Positions 23,807-34,817 of a stretch of DNA of 43,999 nt are shown here, piece by piece. The stretch is from Nemertoderma westbladi. Lineage: Eukaryota > Animalia > Xenacoelomorpha. A program made the translations under genes and the position numbers. Under the pieces are notes generated by a model, which had not been told where the DNA came from, did not search any database, and saw only the letters and a list, made by a program, of their open reading frames with translations. Every line of letters begins with the position of its first letter. Position 1 is the stretch's first letter. The stretch covers positions 1-43,999 of the forward strand of contig JAUCBJ010007801.1 in NCBI GenBank assembly GCA_032718475.1, written 5' to 3'.

Positions 23807-24797
23807 GGGGCCATCCATAAATTACGTCACGTTTTTTAAAGACATTTTTGACCCCCCCCCCCCCTCCCCCCTTTCGTCACAAATCGTCACGAAATGGCTA
23901 CCCCCCCCCCCCCCTCCCCTATGTCACGTCACACTATATAAAATTAAATTATTACTCTTATATTATTAGAACAATAAATCTGGAATAAATTTGTCAACTA
24001 TAAACTATAGCTATAAACTAATATTACAAATTACAGTAATACGAGTTTTTCAGACATGCTCCCATGGGCACTGCAGGTGGTCTGTCATGCTTATAATGGC
24101 CATTGGTGGGGCATCAGCTACTGGGTATGTGTTCGCAGGGGATCGGCCTCCGCTTCGCAGGGCATTGCTTTCGCCGTGAGGACCAACCAGTGCATAATCT
24201 TGTACTTTGGCAGCCTCATGGAGTGAATAAGCATGGTGGTCAGCCCATGATATTCTTGAGACGCATTTTAAAATACACTGGACTTGAAGATGCGGATGAT
24301 CTAGCAAATGTCATGGGTGATATGGAGTTGTGGCGGCGCAATTTTGTCGACAAGCTGGCACAGCATTCTTAAAAATGCAGCTGCAATGCAGCACGCCGAT
24401 CCTAGTAGTAGTCGCAGGGGATTGATAATCAAAACGGGTTTTGGAACTACCGCTACCATGAAGGGATGTAAGATTTTTAGTAAAAATTTCGATGCAAAGT
24501 AAAGATGACATTCTTTACAAACACGCTCTCTAATTTTACCAATTATGGAAGGGCAGTAGAGGTCGTAAGGTAAGATTTTAATGGTTATCATTGGAAGAGG
24601 TAATAGTTTAATAGTAAACACGTTAATAGTATACAAGCATACACATTATGTATTTAATATATGTACAGTAATTTTATCGGAAACTTATAATGTGACGTCA
24701 CGATATTGCGGACACCCCTCCTCCCCCTCGTCACAAATCATCACGAAATACCAACCCCCCCCCCCTGTCCAGCGTGACGTCATTTATGGATGGCCCC
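23807..24797. mobile_element. Non-autonomous PIF/Harbinger-type element inserted in the LINE RT
   Basis: TIRs GGGGCCATCCATAAATTACGTCACG and CGTGACGTCATTTATGGATGGCCCC; TTA TSD at 23804-23806 and 24798-24800; LINE sequence resumes after it. Confidence 0.9.
24144..24411 (+). mobile_element. 5'-truncated RTE LINE family A insertion nested in the Harbinger element
   Basis: RLRFAGHCFRREDQPVHNLVLWQP; (TAG)n tail; 11-bp TSD TCGCAGGGGAT at 24133-24143 and 24412-24422. Confidence 0.9.
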
Positions 24798-25396
24798 TTA
24801 GGCAGCTCTATCAAAAATGGATACCATCTGGAAATCAGATCTCCCCAGGCACCTGAAGACTAAGTTCTTTCGAGCCACAGTGGAAAGTGTATTTTTATAC
24901 GGGGGATAGACCTGGACACTGACTAAAGCAATTGAACAACGAATTGATGGTTGCTACACAAGACTACTAAGGGCAGCCCTAAACATCAGCTGGAGACAAC
25001 ACATGACAAACGCCGAGCTTTATGGTACAATACCACCTGTATCAACCACCCTCCGTGAACGCAGATTAAGATTCAGTGGGCACTGCTGGCGAAGTAAAGA
25101 CGAGGTCATACCAGATCTACTTTTTGGCAACCAACTCATGGAAAGCGTAGTCGTGGACGACCGCCCATAACATATATAGATCAACTTGAAAGGGATACTG
25201 AACTTGGGAGAAACGAAATTGCGACAACTATGGAGAATCGGGAAGCCTGGAAGGATCTCATTTCCACTGTCAGAGTTCGCTCGACCTAGTAGTAGTAGTA
25301 GTAGTTTATATTTAATTTGTTTTTTTTTAGTACGTAAAACAATCTTTACCTGCGATCATTTTCAGAGCTAGCTGGTTGATAAACTGGTTAGAGCTG

Positions 25397-25452
25397 CACT
25401 CACTGATGAGGTCTGATAGGCCGAAACGCGCGTCTCTAACGATGGTTCAACC
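25397..25452 (+). ncRNA. Minimal type I hammerhead ribozyme-like motif (copy 2)
   Basis: Core identical to copy 1; predicted cleavage after C25434; distal pairing GTTAGA/TCTAAC and GGTTGA/TCAACC. Confidence 0.65.
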
Positions 25453-25680
25453 CGCGGTGACTTGCTTCCATATTTAATCTATGAAATCGTATTAGAATAT
25501 CATCAATTAATTTTGACAATTTCATTACTTTGAATGTGGATTGAACGAACCACTAATTGTATTTTTAAGGTTAGAGTTTATTGCGAAAAATTTAATGTTC
25601 AGTGTTACATGTTATGTGGTGCTTCATCAGACTTCGACTGGGGTACAGGATAGAGGAAACTGAATAAAAACAATAAGGGG

Positions 25681-26901
25681 TGTAAAAGCTTTTGTGGGAT
25701 AACTGATACGTTTGCCTTTGCTGGCCAGTTCCCCCCCAGTCGCTAGAATACTCTCAAAGGGATTTATAACTAAAATAGTGCAAGCTACCAGCTTATTGGC
25801 TGATGTGCTGTACGGAGATATCTGGGCTCAGTTTAATCGGCCAACTAGCTTAGAGAGGTTGCCTTAGCCTTGCTGTCCGTATCGGCCAATAGAATTTGAG
25901 TGGGCGTTAATTTCGACCTATCCCAGAGCTACTGAACTGAATTTCCTATCTCACTGCTCATCCTCTGTGTTGGACGGGAGCTTCGGGGAATAAGGGTATT
26001 TGGTATACTCGTATAGTACTAGTAGTCATATGATTTTATATGATTCTGTTGTTGTGTTCCCATTTTCGCCATAACACCGGCTTTTTGGGAAGAACTCTAG
26101 TAAAACTGCTTGAATTATCGAAAGTATAAACTGTTACCTAATTAACTAACTAATCGAATCCTCACGAATCTTAACTTAACTAATCAATCTTAACTCACTA
26201 TTAATCATATTGTTTGTACTGTTATTTACCGTCAGTTATTAATTGTATCTATTTGTTGATGGAAATATTGCTCTTTGGATAATACGGATAAATCACCCAA
26301 ATTTCCCAATTTTCTTGATACACTACAGGTTAGAGAGACGGGCTATATATATAACAATTGCGATTTATATTAATGTGGTGTGTATTGAATCTAATGTTAT
26401 TTAGCAGACCCTACATGAGTCAATTACTGCTCTCTTTATGTGTGATCAAATATACTGACGGTCGGCAGAATAGTGTGCATGATTGTGATTGGTAACAAAG
26501 TATTTCCTAAAGAATACGCTTTATACTTTAATCATAAGCGGTATCGTTGCGTTTAGTATAAGTCCTAGTTCTGTTTAAATAGATAGAGCGCCACGTCCTA
26601 AAGGAACTGTTAATATTTCCCGAAAGCCAATAATATCTGTCAGAAATTAATTATTAACGATCTATCGAATAATACAGTAAGTTTACACTGCAACCTTACA
26701 CTGCAATAATAAAATTTAAGCATCCGAATTCAGCCTCCCGGGTGTAGATCCATCGGGTGAATGATCGCGCATGGGCTGACTTCGGCTAATGTTTTGTGTA
26801 TTAGCATAAATTGTTGTCGTATGCTAAAGGTGTTTTAATTAACTAAAAGACATATAAATTTTGGCAGGTTAAACTGCTAAAGGTCTTCAAAAGCGCGAAC
26901 A
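25681..26901. mobile_element. Solo LTR (family X, copy 2, opposite orientation)
   Basis: TGTAAAAGC...GCGCGAACA; 5-bp TSD AGGGG; empty site CAATA-AGGGG-AGCACGG preserved in the paralogous region at ~14582-14598. Confidence 0.9.
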
Positions 26902-27174
26902 AGGGGAGCACGGTTCAAAGACAGGACAGTGGACCTACGATTCATCTACTATCACTATTACTAAAAATTCTTAATCCAATTTTAAAAAAATCCAAAATAT
27001 CAGATCATAATGTGGAAATAGTTAAATAAATTCAGAAACAGTTCTTAAATAAAATTAAATTGAAATACAAACACTTGGATTAAAACTTAACATAAATGCA
27101 ATTACGGATAAGGATGTCACAGTTAGAGTTACTTTGAGTTAGGGTCCTTAGCCGTTCCAGTGAAAATGATCAAT

Positions 27175-27585
27175 AACCGGGCCTCACCGCGGCAAATATA
27201 TAAGTTGAATAACTGGGCCCCACCGCGGCAAATATATAAGTTTAATAACTGGGCGCTCACCGCGGTAAATATATTAGTTGAATAACTGGACTCTTACCGC
27301 GGCAAATATATAAGTTGAATAACTGGACCCTTACCGCGGCAAATATATAAGTTGAATAACTGGGCCCCATCGCGGCATATAAGATGAATAACTTGGCCCC
27401 ACCGCGGCAAATATATAAGTTGAATAACTGGGTCCCACCGCGGCAAATAAGTTGAATAACTGGGCCACACCGCGGAAAATATATAAGTTGAATAACTGGG
27501 CCCAACCGCGGCAAATAAGTTGAATAACTGGGCCCCACCGCGGAAAATATATAAGTTGAATAACTGGGCCCTACCACGGCAAACA
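27175..27585. repeat. ~36-bp minisatellite, about 11 copies
   Basis: Unit CACCGCGGCAAATATATAAGTTGAATAACTGGGCCC, head to tail, with shorter variants lacking ATAT. Confidence 0.92.
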
Positions 27586-27645
27586 TTATATTTGGGGTTT
27601 CCGAGTCTACATATTTATGTATATTCATGTATATTTATGGATATC

Positions 27646-27770
27646 CATCGCCTAACTAACCATCAGTCAGCAAGATATCAGCCGATTTCCATTGCCTAAC
27701 TAACCAACAGTCAGCAGGATATCAGCCGATTTACATTGCCTAACTAACTAAGTCAGCAGGATATCAGCCG
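27646..27770. repeat. ~42-bp tandem repeat, 3 copies
   Basis: CATTGCCTAACTAACC..CAGTCAGCAGGATATCAGCCG repeated. Confidence 0.85.
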
Positions 27771-28210
27771 TTGTCTTTGATGTAACTTCGAAGGCACACA
27801 AACTCCAAGTGGTTGGTTGAATCGGCGGTAAGCTTCCCGGATATGTTGGCATAGCAACGGGGTAGCCAATGACGATTCGCATACATTAGCTGATCCAGCA
27901 TTATCATCCATTACTTTCTTTTGAACTGAAACATAAAGTTAAATGTTTAAAAAAAACAAGCGAGTTAACTATTAATTTCTAAATTAGAATGAAAATTATT
28001 ATAATAATATTAATGTAAGAACCAAGTTACATGCTAGAGTTGTAGTAGATGTGCTGTAATGAACGCACGTAAACAAAAGCAAGCAACAATCGTAAGTTCA
28101 TGAAATAATATAGCACCGATCCCAAACAATGTGACTATTCTAGAACGTCACAATGTACCCTAGGTGCATTCATTCGGTAGTGTACAAGTTGCAAATTTAC
28201 CATTCTTTAT

Positions 28211-28475
28211 AGTGGGGTTATATCATAATAACCAAACATAATAATGAATAAAATACCTTTTATTTTATTGAGACCGTTGTAGGCCTATATATTCCGTCAT
28301 TACCTGATTACTGCCTCAGTACAACACGGGACGGGACATCGGTGTCCAACGACCTAGAATAAGCTAACCTATATAGCAGTATATTGTACTGCCTGTATGT
28401 ATTTTAACAGCACCGCCATCATAGTTCCATACTGTATAAATCCCATACTGTACGTTATTTACGGGAACAACCACA
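28211..28475 (-). repeat. Gypsy 3' LTR with adjacent polypurine tract (28476-28484)
   Basis: Direct repeat of 32965-33036 + 34013-34197; PPT GAGGGAGGG on - strand. Confidence 0.9.
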
Positions 28476-30061
28476 CCCTCCCTCGAGCTCCAACGGAGTT
28501 TATATAGTTATAGGCGCCGAGGTGGGCGTCGCTGCTGAGTAGGGTATCAGCTGGGGGTGCGCTGTCGGATTGCGCGGGTGTGGGTTAATTGGGGGGTCCC
28601 AAGAAACAGTTTTTTGGGCCTGGGTGGGTCGACGTCCGCCACAGACTGGGGATCACGGGAGCCTGGCGTCGCAGGGTTGTCCAGAACCACTGGATGTGCA
28701 GGAGTAGTGCTGGTGAGTGGTGGGGATGTGGAGTCACGCAGGAGGAATCTGCGGTTCTAAGATATGGTATGGCCAGAGGGTGTCTGGACGGAAAAGCGCC
28801 AGTGGGGACCAGCCTCGACAACGGTCCACTTGCGGTCCCAATGGTGGGAGTGGGGGTCCTGGACCACAACAGGGTCATTAACCACAAGAGGTGGTAGGTC
28901 TGTGCCGCCTAGTTATAATCGGCAATTTTAGCGCAGTGCAGGGGAGGTGTAAGCGTGTCCAGGCGGCGCCTGGTGGTCAGCGCGGAAGGCACTGTGGTGC
29001 GCTGGAACACGGGTCCAGAGGGGGTGGCCGTAGACGATTTGTGTGGGGGATAATCCTGTTTCCCGCGGGCTGTTCCTGAGAGCCAGGAGGCCGTCAGCGA
29101 ACGCTAGAGAGTCGGGGTGGCCGCCAGTCTTACCGAGAAGGCTTTCCAAAGCCTTGACGGCTGCTTCGGCATGCCCGTTGCCCCGTGGATACTCAGCAGA
29201 TGAAGTGACTGGGGTAACACCCCAGTCAGCGAGGTTAGCAGACCATGGCACTGGCTGTAAGGGGGGTACTGCCATCCGACAGCAGGCGGGTCAGAATCCC
29301 ATAGCACGAGAACCACTTTTTCAGGGAGTTAATGGTGTTGACAGTGGAAGGGGTGCCGGAGAAGGAATTGCGATCCAGCGATCGACGGGGGTTCGTGATA
29401 GCGCGTCGGCGATGGAGTGAGATTTCCCTTTAGCCCAGCTGGTCTGGAAGTTGTATGGGGCCCGCTCAGATTTCAGCCATTGAATCCTGGCATTCTCCAC
29501 CTTGGAAAAGTTTTTCCGGTACAGTCGCATAGCAGGACTCCATCTGAGAAATGAACCTAGACCCACACTCCATGAGACGCCCGTCTGTTCCATGGTGTTG
29601 TAAAAGGGCATAGCCAAGCCCTTTGAGCCTAGAGGCATCGGTTACAAGTTTTTGTTTCGAGAGAAATATCGAAAGGGGCGAGCACATTGAACTGAGTGCA
29701 TCCTTTGTGGCCTCATAGGCTCGTGAGTGGTCTGAGTTCCAGATATATGGAGATTTCGCTGACAATAGCGGATGCTGAGGCAGGAGCATCTGTAAAATCT
29801 CGGCGGAGAATGGAGCTAACTGCTCCACCAATCCAATGAAGGAGCAGAGATCGGTGAGGCTCTCGGGGCGGGGAAAGGAGGCGATGGCGGATAGTTTGGT
29901 GGGATCAGCACGGATTCCATCAGCCCCCACAAGGTAGCCCCCACATTTAACTTGGGATTTGGCGATCTGGACCTTGTTTGGGTGTAAGCAGTTCCCCTTA
30001 GAGTGGCAGCGCTCCAAGAAGTGTTGGATTGATACCAGGTTTTCCTTCAGGGTGCTGTCAT

Positions 30062-30341
30062 ACAGACAGATATGGGGGGGGGGGGGGGGGGGGGGGGGAA
30101 CTGGACGCAATAAAAAGTCATCCCTATCCACAGGAAATTCAACACAAATAACAGATGATTACTCTCAAAAATAAAACTGTAACCTGTTCTATTGTGTTTA
30201 GATTATTGTTTTGGTTATGTCACTGTAACCTGCTCCTTTCCATAAATTGATAATTTAATGTTGAGGGGGGATATTAATTCACCAAGGCGGGTTTTGCGTC
30301 CAGTCCCCCCCCCCCCCCCTGTCTCATGTCTCCATACAGTA
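30062..30341 (+). mobile_element. Poly-G/poly-C MITE inserted beside the Gypsy RT VDD motif
   Basis: Inverted ends G(n)AACTGGACGCAA and TTGCGTCCAGTC(n); separates KIVDDVLV from YDST; outer ends approximate. Confidence 0.8.
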
Positions 30342-32952
30342 GTACAAGTACATCATCAACGATTTTCAACATCCTGGGAATACCTTCTAGCGCTATATAT
30401 GTCGCCCCACTGATTAAACTCATCTCCAGATGAGATTAAACCCATCACGCCCCGTGTGTGCTTGAACCACCCCCATGGCGTGACAAAGGCGGTTAATAGC
30501 TGGGATTCGGGATCCAGGGGACCTGCCAGTAGCTATGGGTGGCATCAAACACAGAAAAGAACTTCGCAGTTCGGGAAATCTCTGCGATTTTGAGGCGAGG
30601 GTTCGGTGTTGGGTAATAGGGTCGCTTGACTTGAGAATTTAGTCCACACAAGTCCACGCAAAGTCGGAGTTTGCCATTGGGCTTGCGGGTGACAGTTAGT
30701 GGATGGGCCCAGTCTGTGGGTTCCTCTACCCACTGTATAATATTGCAGCGCACTAAGCTGTCTAGGAGGGTTTTCACTTCCTCCCATAGGGTCATAGCGA
30801 TTGGCCTTGCACCCTTGACATGATGAGGTGTCGCCCCCTCTGAGTATTATGTTCATGGGTGGCCCCGGGATTATTAATAGAGGGGTGGCCTCATCGTCAA
30901 AACAGGGGTGGCCTCATCGTCATCGTCAAGGAGAGCCATTGCCGAAGATGCATCTACGTGGGATATGGACGACGGGGATATGGTTACCGTGGAGACCATG
31001 GTAGGCTGGGGAAAACTTGCAGGAAGGTTCCCCAGATCCTGACAAACCGATTTCGAAAGGATCAGCCCCTGGATTTCTGGTGAAATGACAATTTCAGTTC
31101 TCGAGGGTATTATTTCCAGTGGAAAAACTTGCGGGTAAGCGACCATTAGTTTCTATTGGTAGACCATCGGAGGTGACCAAATCCATGTTAGAGGATAGAA
31201 GTAGATCCTTTTTGTTTCCCCCCAGATCATGGAAGAGGTCTTCATTTAGAAGAGTTGCTGCCAAGCCATTGTCAGGAAGCCCATGTTGGATTTGTCCCAA
31301 TAGTTTACCAGTATAGGGGTTAGCGAGAGATACTGCAAGTTTCGAGTTTATATATAGCATCTCTGTATTCCAAGCGGTTGATTGAAGTACGAGAAAGAAC
31401 CGTGTGGACAGAAGACCTGGTGGGTTTCTTTGCTGAACCACCAGATCTGCACATCTTTTTGTAGTGGCCAGTTTTACCGCAACCATAGCATATTACCCCT
31501 CTGGTGGGGCAGGTAGCTCCTAGATGTTGTTCGTGCCCACAGTTTCTGCAATTGCAGGCGCGATCCCAATGCCCCTTGGATGTAGAAAATCTAGGAGCTG
31601 GTGCCGGGGTAGAGGGTTGGCCGGAAGACCTTCCGGGATGTTGGTTTCCAGCAGAGTGGCCCCTCCCACTGCCTGTACTGGGAGATCTTCCCAACGGAGT
31701 GGCATCTACCCAGTACTTGCGTATTCTTTGCACTGGGCTCGTAGTTCTGACATAGAGTTCGAGTTTCCTCCAGAGTGGGTCTGGGGAGTATTTTCAGCAG
31801 ATCTTGCTGGGTTTCGGTATCATATAAACCGACCAGAATTTGTGTGACGATTTGATTATCCCGGCATTCAGCAAACAGTTCAGCGTGTTTGGAAAGATGT
31901 CTGAGGGCCCAGTAAAAATCGTCAAAGTTTTTGTTGGCACCCTGATGGCGTTCATTCCATTTGTGAAACTGCAAACAATCAAGCACGATACTCCGTTTGG
32001 CGCGAAGGTGCTGTTGCACTCTATCGAAGATGGCAGTTGTATCAACCGCATCGTCGTTTGGATCGAGCTACAGAGTGCGTTTGATGACATCTATAAGTCC
32101 GGGACCCAACGCAGTAATAAGAGTATGTACGAGTTCACCACGGGGACAATTCTCCGTGCTCTGATGGCAAAGGTTGCTGTCCCATGTCTCCCGCCAATGA
32201 TGGAAAGTGGGAAGTTCGATTGAGGTATTGAGTTAATCTAGGTTGCCGATGTTGATCATTCGCCTTCAGCCTTGGGGAGTTCCTGGTACTACGAGGTTTG
32301 GTTGAGGTTGACCAAACTGAACAACAAGGGTCTGGAATCGTGCATCTGCTGAGGCTTCTTGAGCGTTTTCTTCTGAATGGCATTGCTCTTCCCAGTATTC
32401 TCGTTGTTGATTTTCTAGGCGGCATTGAGCCGCCCCCTGTTGCTGCGCCATAAACTGCATAAGTTTAGCGAGGCTAGGTTGAGCCTCGGTAGGCTGTTTG
32501 TAAAAGGTTTCTTTGTTCGTATCCGAATCTTCCTCCATTTCGGCGATCCGAGCCCAGAGTTTTTTCCGAAGTGACGAGTGGATGGTCTCCCCTCGGTTGG
32601 AATACCCGCAGAGATGCAAAACTCGATCAGATCTTGCCGGTTGATTTGTTCCATATCCTCAGGAGAGAGTTGCATCCAATCTAAAACTGGAGGAGTTCCA
32701 GCGGTGGGTTGAACCTCGGCCATTATACCGGAGATAGTGGGGAAGTAGAACCATGACAGGACAGGACTGGCTGACGGCTGATTGTGTATCCGTCAGCAAC
32801 ACCCCACCTTTTTGGAGATTGCTGGAGCTCGTACCGCGTCAGGCAGTGAGCTCGTAGACGGAAATAGTCGTAGTCAGTTTACTCCACGTTCCGGCGGAAT
32901 AGCCACGGTTAAACGCGTGTGCGAGAGTCGCAGGTAGGCAGTCTACAGGTAA

Positions 32953-32964
32953 CTCACAGCGCCA
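32953..32964 (-). promoter_or_regulatory. Primer-binding site, probably tRNA-Ser
   Basis: TGGCGCTGTGAG immediately after the 5' LTR; complementary to ...CTCACAGCG-CCA, which I recall as the 3' end of animal tRNA-Ser(CGA). Confidence 0.7.
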
Positions 32965-33131
32965 TGTGGGGTTATATCATCATAACCAAATATAATAATG
33001 AATAAAATACCTTTTATTTTATTGAGACCGTTGTAGCTGTGGGGCGAGCCACGAAGTTGGCGGAGCCTTAGCGAATTGACACTGTTAGGGGGTGGGTCAA
33101 TTTATGCAAATAGTTGTCGTCGTCGTCGTTG

Positions 33132-33163
<32 letters not shown>

Positions 33164-34197
33164 GTCGTCGTCGTCATTACGATTTTGACATGCTAATAAC
33201 TTTGTCGGATTTAAAGCTGCCAAGTTGAAAATTTGTAGGTATCAATATGAGCAAAAGTTGAGATTTTTGAGAGACTTTCAGACACCATCAGTGCAATGGT
33301 CTCCCGCTAGAGGGCCACATATCTAAACATTAAATGGCCACCCATTTCTTTGCTTTTAATCCGTTTAAGCTGAAACTTGGGAAGTATGTACTAGACCATT
33401 AGCTGTAAATTTCAATGGAGGCTAATCTGTCTGCAGTTCTCCAGTCTGCCGCTAGAGGGCGAAATGTCCCGAATGTGAAATTATTCTTCCATTTAGTTGT
33501 TTATGATCTGATTACGCTGAAACTTGTCATATATGTACTAGAAGACATCCTAAGTCTTTGTGTGGACAGTAATCGGTCAGGAGTTTTCGAGTCTGCCGCT
33601 AGAGGGCGAAATGTAGGAAAGTGATAACCTTCGCGAATTCCTTGATCTTAATCTATTTAAGCTGAATTTTGGAATATACAGTACCGGTATGTACTAGACC
33701 ACATGCCTCGTCTTTGTGAGGAAGGTGATCGATCCGTAGTTCTTTAATATGCCGCTAGAGGGCTAAATGTATGAAAGTGAAAACCTTCCAACATTTCGTT
33801 ATTTATGATCCGTCAATCGGAAACAGGGTAGATATGTAATAGACCATAGGCTGTGGCTTTGTAGGGAAACTAATCCTTCCTTCTTCAGTTACCCAGTCTC
33901 CCGCTAGAGGGTTAACGTTTTCCGGGAAAATCTTCTCATATGTTTTTATAATCCTTTCGAGTTGATACTTAGCATTAACTCATTTCACGTGCTGCGCGAA
34001 GGCCCCACTTCGTGTAGGCCTATATATTCCGACATTCCCTGATTACTGCCTTAGTACAACATGGGACATCTGTGTCTAACGACCTAGAATAAGCTAACCT
34101 ACTGTATATAGCAGTATGTTTAACACCACCACCATCATAGTTCCGTACTCGTACTGTATAAATCCCATACTGTACATTATTTACAGGAACTACCACA
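32965..34197 (-). repeat. Gypsy 5' LTR interrupted by a ~975-bp insertion
   Basis: TGTGGGGTT...ACCACA ends; the two halves match the 3' LTR. Confidence 0.9.
33037..34012. mobile_element. HINE/DINE-1-like non-autonomous element with (GTC)n and five ~150-bp internal repeats
   Basis: Subterminal IRs GTGGGGC/GCCCCAC and CACGAAGT/ACTTCGTG; (GTC)n at 33117-33175; diverged tandem units each with CCGCTAGAGGG; TGTAG present at both junctions. Confidence 0.7.
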
Positions 34198-34223
34198 TTT
34201 ATCACTATAATACAATATGAACT

Positions 34224-34817
34224 TACTACTACTAAGTAGGGAGAGCTCGACCTAGTAGTGCAAATGGTGACCTTCCGATTCTCCATAATTGTTGCAATTT
34301 CGTTTTTTCAAAGTTCAGTATCCCTTTCAAGATGGTCTTTATATGTCGTAGCCTGTTGTCCACGACTACGCTTTCCATGAGTTGGTTGCCAGAAAAGTAG
34401 ATCTGGTATGACCTCGTCTTTACTTCGCCAGCAGTGCCCACTGAATCTTAATCTGTGTTCACGGAGGGTGGTTGATACAGGTGGTATTGTACCATAAAGC
34501 TCGGCGTTTGTCATGTGTTGTATCCAGCTGATGTTTAGGGCTGCCCTTAGTAAGTAGGTTTGTGAAACAACCATCAATTCATTGTTCAAGTGATTTAGTC
34601 AGTGTCCAGGTCTCACCCCCGTATAAAAATACATTTTCCACTGTGGCTCAAAATAACTTGGTCTTCAGGTCTCTATGGAGAGATCTGATTTCCAGATGGT
34701 ATCCATTTTTTATAGAGCTACCCATGCCTTTGCTTTCCTAATGTCTATGTATTTTCTATTGCTATCTGCTATCTACTCATGTCATGACTCAAGGTACTGG
34801 AAATCGTCAACGTTCTT
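34224..34817 (-). mobile_element. 3' fragment of RTE LINE family B
   Basis: LLRAALNISW, HRLRFSGHCWRSKDEVIPDLLFWQP; reverse complement of 24801-25290 and 23725-23803; (CTA)n on + strand. Confidence 0.9.

Larger units (their letters stand above)
21656..25303 (+). mobile_element. Decayed RTE-clade LINE (family B) with 5' UTR, APE endonuclease, internal deletion and RT
   Basis: APE motifs KIATMNARTL, ICIQEH, GGVGILLS, AGDLNA, LDYI, SDH; RT motifs QNGFR, FVDFKKAFDSI, GVLQG, FADD, YLGS; frameshifts and stops; (TAG)n tail; 10-bp TSD GTTTATATTT at 21646-21655 and 25304-25313. Confidence 0.93.
28211..34197 (-). mobile_element. Decayed Ty3/Gypsy LTR retrotransposon (Mag-like)
   Basis: Two LTRs, 5-bp TSD TTTAT (28206-28210, 34198-34202); gag with CCHC knuckles CRNCGHEQH..C and CYGCGKTGHYKKMC; degenerate protease LPDNG; RT KPNGKLRLCVDL, FDATHSYWQV, VDD; RNase H TDASRLKGLG, IADALSR; integrase YPRGNGHAEAAVK, LRNSP; many frameshifts. 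Clade assignment is by recall of motifs. Confidence 0.93.

Noticed and set aside
27175-27585. 36-bp repeat of CRISPR-like length
   Set aside because: Units are contiguous with no spacers
28557-32223. Plus-strand ORFs across the Gypsy region
   Set aside because: Antisense shadows of GC-richer gag-pol sequence with no recognisable motifs
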